A DNA stretch of 64,000 bases from the NCBI GenBank assembly GCA_019119205.1, contig DWXK01000028.1:929-64928 (forward strand), written 5' to 3'. Source of the DNA: Candidatus Mediterraneibacter intestinavium (lineage in GTDB: Bacteria > Bacillota > Clostridia > Lachnospirales > Lachnospiraceae). Made by a program: the position numbers and the translations under genes. A model generated the notes under the pieces. That model had not been told where the DNA came from, made no database searches, and saw only the letters and a program-made list of their open reading frames with translations. The stretch's first letter is position 1, and each line of letters starts with the position of its first letter. Below are positions 60,502 through 64,000 of this stretch, piece by piece.

Positions 60502-63500
60502 TCAGATCCCTTTAAATGAGAAGGAAAATTCCATCTTCGCATCCGCTTTCAGCAAATATTCCGGATGGGTCGGCGCTCCCCAGCTGTCGTCTCCCGCAAC
60601 GCCCATCTGTCCCATTGCCGCACGGATCACCGTATAATGTACTTCAGGAAGTTCATACGAATGCCTTGCGTTTTCCATCTCATGAGGCGTGTACGGCAGT
60701 GCCGAGAACATCATCGGACCGCTCTTCTCATCCATCTCAAAGAGCATTCCCCTGCCTTTGCGGTCTGTCACTTTCGCATAGCGCACTCCGGTCTTTGCTC
60801 CGCACTCCTGAGGAACGATGTAAGCTGCGAGGTTGTCCTTTATCAGGTTTCTGTAGATACCCAGCTTTGCCCCTCTGTTTCTGTCAGCGTATGTCTCCGC
60901 CGGTCCCAGTCCATACCATTCCAGATGGTCATAATCTGCATTGATCTTGAACATCACTCCAAACTCCGGCATATCTCCCAGTTCCTTCACAGGATCATAG
61001 GAGAGCGTCGTCTTCACTTTTCCTTCCCCGTCGACCTCATAAGACAGAGTGCATCTGCTCTCCGGGGTTGTAGGAAGCAGGTAGGTAAACGTTATCTTCG
61101 CAGTATTTCCGTTCATCTCCAGTTCTGGTTTCAGGATGCTCGCATAAGTATTCTCCCTGTAGTCTTTGTGCGTCGCGTAAAGGCTGGCGATCTTCCACTG
61201 GGCGTACCTTGCCGGCATATGATTGCCATTGTCATTGTCCGTGGGCGCTCTCCAGAAGTTCGGTTTCGGGATGGATTCGATCATCTCTTTTCCCGCATAT
61301 TTATAAGAAGCAAGTCCTCCGTTCAGCCCGGAGAACAGCACTTCAAAATGCTCTCCGCGGATACCGATGTTATGGGTGCTCCGGATCACTTCGATTTCTT
61401 TGGTGCACGGTCTCTTTTCTTCTTCTACCTCATAGACATACTGTCCGAATGCCACCTCGTGGCCTGCCTTCGCCCAGATCCTGTCTTCTTTCAGACGGAA
61501 GGACACTGTCACTGTATATTCGCCCGTTCTTTTTTCCGCCGGCACAGGCAGCACATAAGTCTTCTCGCTGAGAGGAGCCACATCTGTCTCAAGGACTGCC
61601 TCCCGGATCAGCCTGCCGTCACGCTGCACTGTAACGATACAGTCGAAAGTATCTGTATTGACAAAGAGATTCTTGTTGATCACGCGCACATTTTCCCGTC
61701 CGGGTTCTGCAGTGATGTTCTGATAATTGAACTTCACCTCCTGCATCTTCGGGGACGGTTCTCTCTCTCCGCCGTATGCAATACCGTTGGCGCTGAACTC
61801 ATAGTCGGTGGGGCGCTCTCCAAAGTCTCCGCCGTATGCCTGGAACTCTTTCCCATAGCGGTCTTTCTTATAGAGCGTCTGGTCGATATAGTCCCAGATA
61901 AATCCCCCCTGATACAGAGGTTCTGTATCGGTCAGGTCCGTATATTTGTGCATCGCGCCGCAGGAATTTCCCATCGCATGCGTATATTCACAGCAGATAA
62001 ATGGTTTGCTCCTGTCTTTTGCCAGGAATTCTCTGATCGAAGCCACTGTCGGATACATCTGGCTTTCCATATCACTGGTATCATTGTATCTGCGGTCATG
62101 GAAGACTCCCTCATAGTGTACAAGGCGGGTCGGGTCTTCTTTACGGAAGAACTGTGACATCTCAAAGATATCCTTTCCGCCATAGGACTCATTTCCGCAA
62201 GACCAGATCAGGATCGCAGGATGATTCTTGTCTCTCTGGTACATGGAATTCGCGCGGTCCAGCATCATATCCAGCCATTCCGGTCTGTCGTTCGGGACGA
62301 TCCCTGACGTATCTCCGGTCTCATGTACTGTATCCCAGGAACCATGAGACTCCAGGTTCGTCTCATCGATCAGGTACAGTCCGTATTCATCACATAGCCT
62401 GTACAGCGGTGATGCGTCCGGATAATGGCAGGTACGGATCGCATTGATATTGTTCTGCTTCATAGTCACGATATCTTTGATCAGTTCCTCCTCTGACACG
62501 TTTCTTCCGGTTACAGAGCTGAACTCATGGCGGTTCACTCCTTTGAACACGATCCTCTTTCCATTCAGAGTCATGATGCTGTTCTTCATCTCAAACCTGC
62601 GGAATCCTACTTTTTCAGGAATGAATTCCTGAAGTTTTCCTTCGGTATCGTACACCTCGATCTCCAGATCATAGAGTTTCGGATCTTCCGCACTCCAGAG
62701 AGCCGGGTTCTCGACCTCCATTGTGATGCCTCCGTCTTTCAGAGAAAACTCCTTTTCGAAAGAGACATTGCCCCCCGTCAGTCTGACCTTTGCCTTTCCT
62801 TCGCCCCAGGCTTCCGTGCAGATCTCAAGTTCTCCTTTTGTGAGCGTCTCATCCGGGATCGCGCGGATCCTGAGATCACAGATATGTACATCCGGCACGG
62901 TATAAAGGTATACATCCCTGTAGATCCCCGAGAATCTGTAAAAATCCTGGTCCTCGCACCAGCTGCTGGAGGTCCACTTGAAGACCTGCACCGAAAGCTT
63001 GTTCACTCCATCCTTCACATGGTCCGTCAGTTCGAATTCCGAGGGTGTGAACGTATCTTCACTGTATCCGATGAACTCACCGTTCAGCCAGAGCGCGATC
63101 CCGCTCTCCGCTCCCTGGAAAGAGATGAAAAGCCTTTTCCCTTTCATCCGTTCCGGCACTTCAAAATATTTTACATAGCTCGCGACAGGATTGAACCGCT
63201 CCGGGATCTCCCCCGGTCCGATCTCTTCATGTCCTTCCCACGGATACTGTGTGTTCGCATACTGCGGTACATCATACCCCTCCAGCTGGATATGCGCCGG
63301 AACATGGATATCATCCCAGCTGCGGCAGTCATAGTCTTCTGCTTCAAATCCCGGGATTGCTGATATATAGTTCTTTGCATAATGGAATTTCCACAGCCCG
63401 TTCAGGCTTTCTGTAAAAACACATTCTTTCTCTGCCGCGTCCTCTGCAGAAGCATAGTACGCATGATCCGAATGAGCGTCCAGCCTCCCATCACGGAAAT

Positions 63501-63540
63501 ACTGCGGATCTTTCACTTTCTGGTAGTCAAATCTGCTCAT
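60502..63540 (-). CDS. lacZ: GH2 beta-galactosidase
   Basis: KGVNRHE, NAIRTCHYP, WSCGNE acid/base, CEYTHAMGN nucleophile, GGFIWDY, PNFWRAPTDND. Confidence 0.95.
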   Translation of the reverse strand: MSRFDYQKVKDPQYFRDGRLDAHSDHAYYASAEDAAEKECVFTESLNGLWKFHYAKNYISAIPGFEAEDYDCRSWDDIHVPAHIQLEGYDVPQYANTQYPWEGHEEIGPGEIPERFNPVASYVKYFEVPERMKGKRLFISFQGAESGIALWLNGEFIGYSEDTFTPSEFELTDHVKDGVNKLSVQVFKWTSSSWCEDQDFYRFSGIYRDVYLYTVPDVHICDLRIRAIPDETLTKGELEICTEAWGEGKAKVRLTGGNVSFEKEFSLKDGGITMEVENPALWSAEDPKLYDLEIEVYDTEGKLQEFIPEKVGFRRFEMKNSIMTLNGKRIVFKGVNRHEFSSVTGRNVSEEELIKDIVTMKQNNINAIRTCHYPDASPLYRLCDEYGLYLIDETNLESHGSWDTVHETGDTSGIVPNDRPEWLDMMLDRANSMYQRDKNHPAILIWSCGNESYGGKDIFEMSQFFRKEDPTRLVHYEGVFHDRRYNDTSDMESQMYPTVASIREFLAKDRSKPFICCEYTHAMGNSCGAMHKYTDLTDTEPLYQGGFIWDYIDQTLYKKDRYGKEFQAYGGDFGERPTDYEFSANGIAYGGEREPSPKMQEVKFNYQNITAEPGRENVRVINKNLFVNTDTFDCIVTVQRDGRLIREAVLETDVAPLSEKTYVLPVPAEKRTGEYTVTVSFRLKEDRIWAKAGHEVAFGQYVYEVEEEKRPCTKEIEVIRSTHNIGIRGEHFEVLFSGLNGGLASYKYAGKEMIESIPKPNFWRAPTDNDNGNHMPARYAQWKIASLYATHKDYRENTYASILKPELEMNGNTAKITFTYLLPTTPESRCTLSYEVDGEGKVKTTLSYDPVKELGDMPEFGVMFKINADYDHLEWYGLGPAETYADRNRGAKLGIYRNLIKDNLAAYIVPQECGAKTGVRYAKVTDRKGRGMLFEMDEKSGPMMFSALPYTPHEMENARHSYELPEVHYTVIRAAMGQMGVAGDDSWGAPTHPEYLLKADAKMEFSFSFKGI

Positions 63541-63669
63541 GTCTTTTTTTCCTCCTTATCGATCGTCTGACTCAGTGTCCTGATATTTACAGTATAATAC
63601 AGATAGACAGTCTTTGGTATCATATGTTAAACTAAACAATATAACATTTTGAAACAGGCGGTGATCTTT

Positions 63670-64000
63670 ATGTCCATATTTTTCAGGAGCACACCGGTAA
63701 CAGAACCCCTCGCCTTTGATTCTCTCGGGAACGGCTGGGAACAGGACAGTGTTTTTCGTCCCAACGGCTATCCGTTCTACCATTATCTCCAGACCGAAGC
63801 CGGCGAGGGAAAGGTCTCTGTCGATGGAAAGACCTATCTTCTCCGCGAGAACGAGGGGATCCTCTTCGCCCCTGCCGTGCGCCACTCCTATGAAAAGACC
63901 GGTGATAAATGGATAACGATGTTCGCAACGATCACCGGGGCCATCGAGAGCAGTATCCCCCAGATGCTTGGGAACCGACGCGTTATCTTTATCGAACAGG
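63670..64000 (+). CDS. 5' part of a probable AraC family regulator divergent from lacZ (runs off the window)
   Basis: Manual translation MSIFFRSTPVTEPLAFDSLGNGWEQDSVFRPNGYPFYHYLQTEAGEG...HSY is an AraC-type cupin N-terminus; open to the window end. Confidence 0.72.
   Translation, partial: MSIFFRSTPVTEPLAFDSLGNGWEQDSVFRPNGYPFYHYLQTEAGEGKVSVDGKTYLLRENEGILFAPAVRHSYEKTGDKWITMFATITGAIESSIPQMLGNRRVIFIEQ

Noticed and set aside
60565-62157. 530-aa plus-strand ORF
   Set aside because: Lies entirely antisense to the beta-galactosidase gene with no recognisable motifs; a codon-bias shadow ORF

Overview
Chromosomal window from a Firmicute, most likely Lachnospiraceae (inferred from PolC, Rho, clostridial-type promoters and gene order). 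I found no prophage, IS transposase, CRISPR array, rRNA or tRNA. Contents in order: (1) a DinG-like nuclease-helicase, SPFH/NfeD and a LexA-box-preceded TIGR03916/TIGR03915 DNA-repair pair; (2) ptsHI, cysK and a cold-shock gene; (3) a paaK-iorAB-ACT-paaK-ACT aryl-acid cluster; (4) glyA flanked by a mosaic of palindromic non-coding repeats; (5) housekeeping genes (polC, ispG, hisC, prfA, prmC, rpmE, rho, rarA, tcdA); (6) galK/galT; (7) a 12.5-kb operon, mdh-hdrBCA-flxDCBA-soluble fumarate reductase-AspT-family exporter-fumarase; (8) CsoR plus a P1B ATPase; (9) ribokinase, galE, a nucleotidyltransferase, a GH2 beta-galactosidase and AraC regulators. Two things stand out. The first is the Hdr-Flx operon, which looks like a cytoplasmic electron-bifurcating oxaloacetate-to-succinate module; it has partial precedent. 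The second is a family of structured non-coding repeats with compensatory base changes, including a roughly symmetric 620-bp fold-back at 13.8-14.4 kb and a separate 215-bp hairpin at 39.4-39.6 kb. All calls come from motif reading by eye; no searches or folding computations were run.
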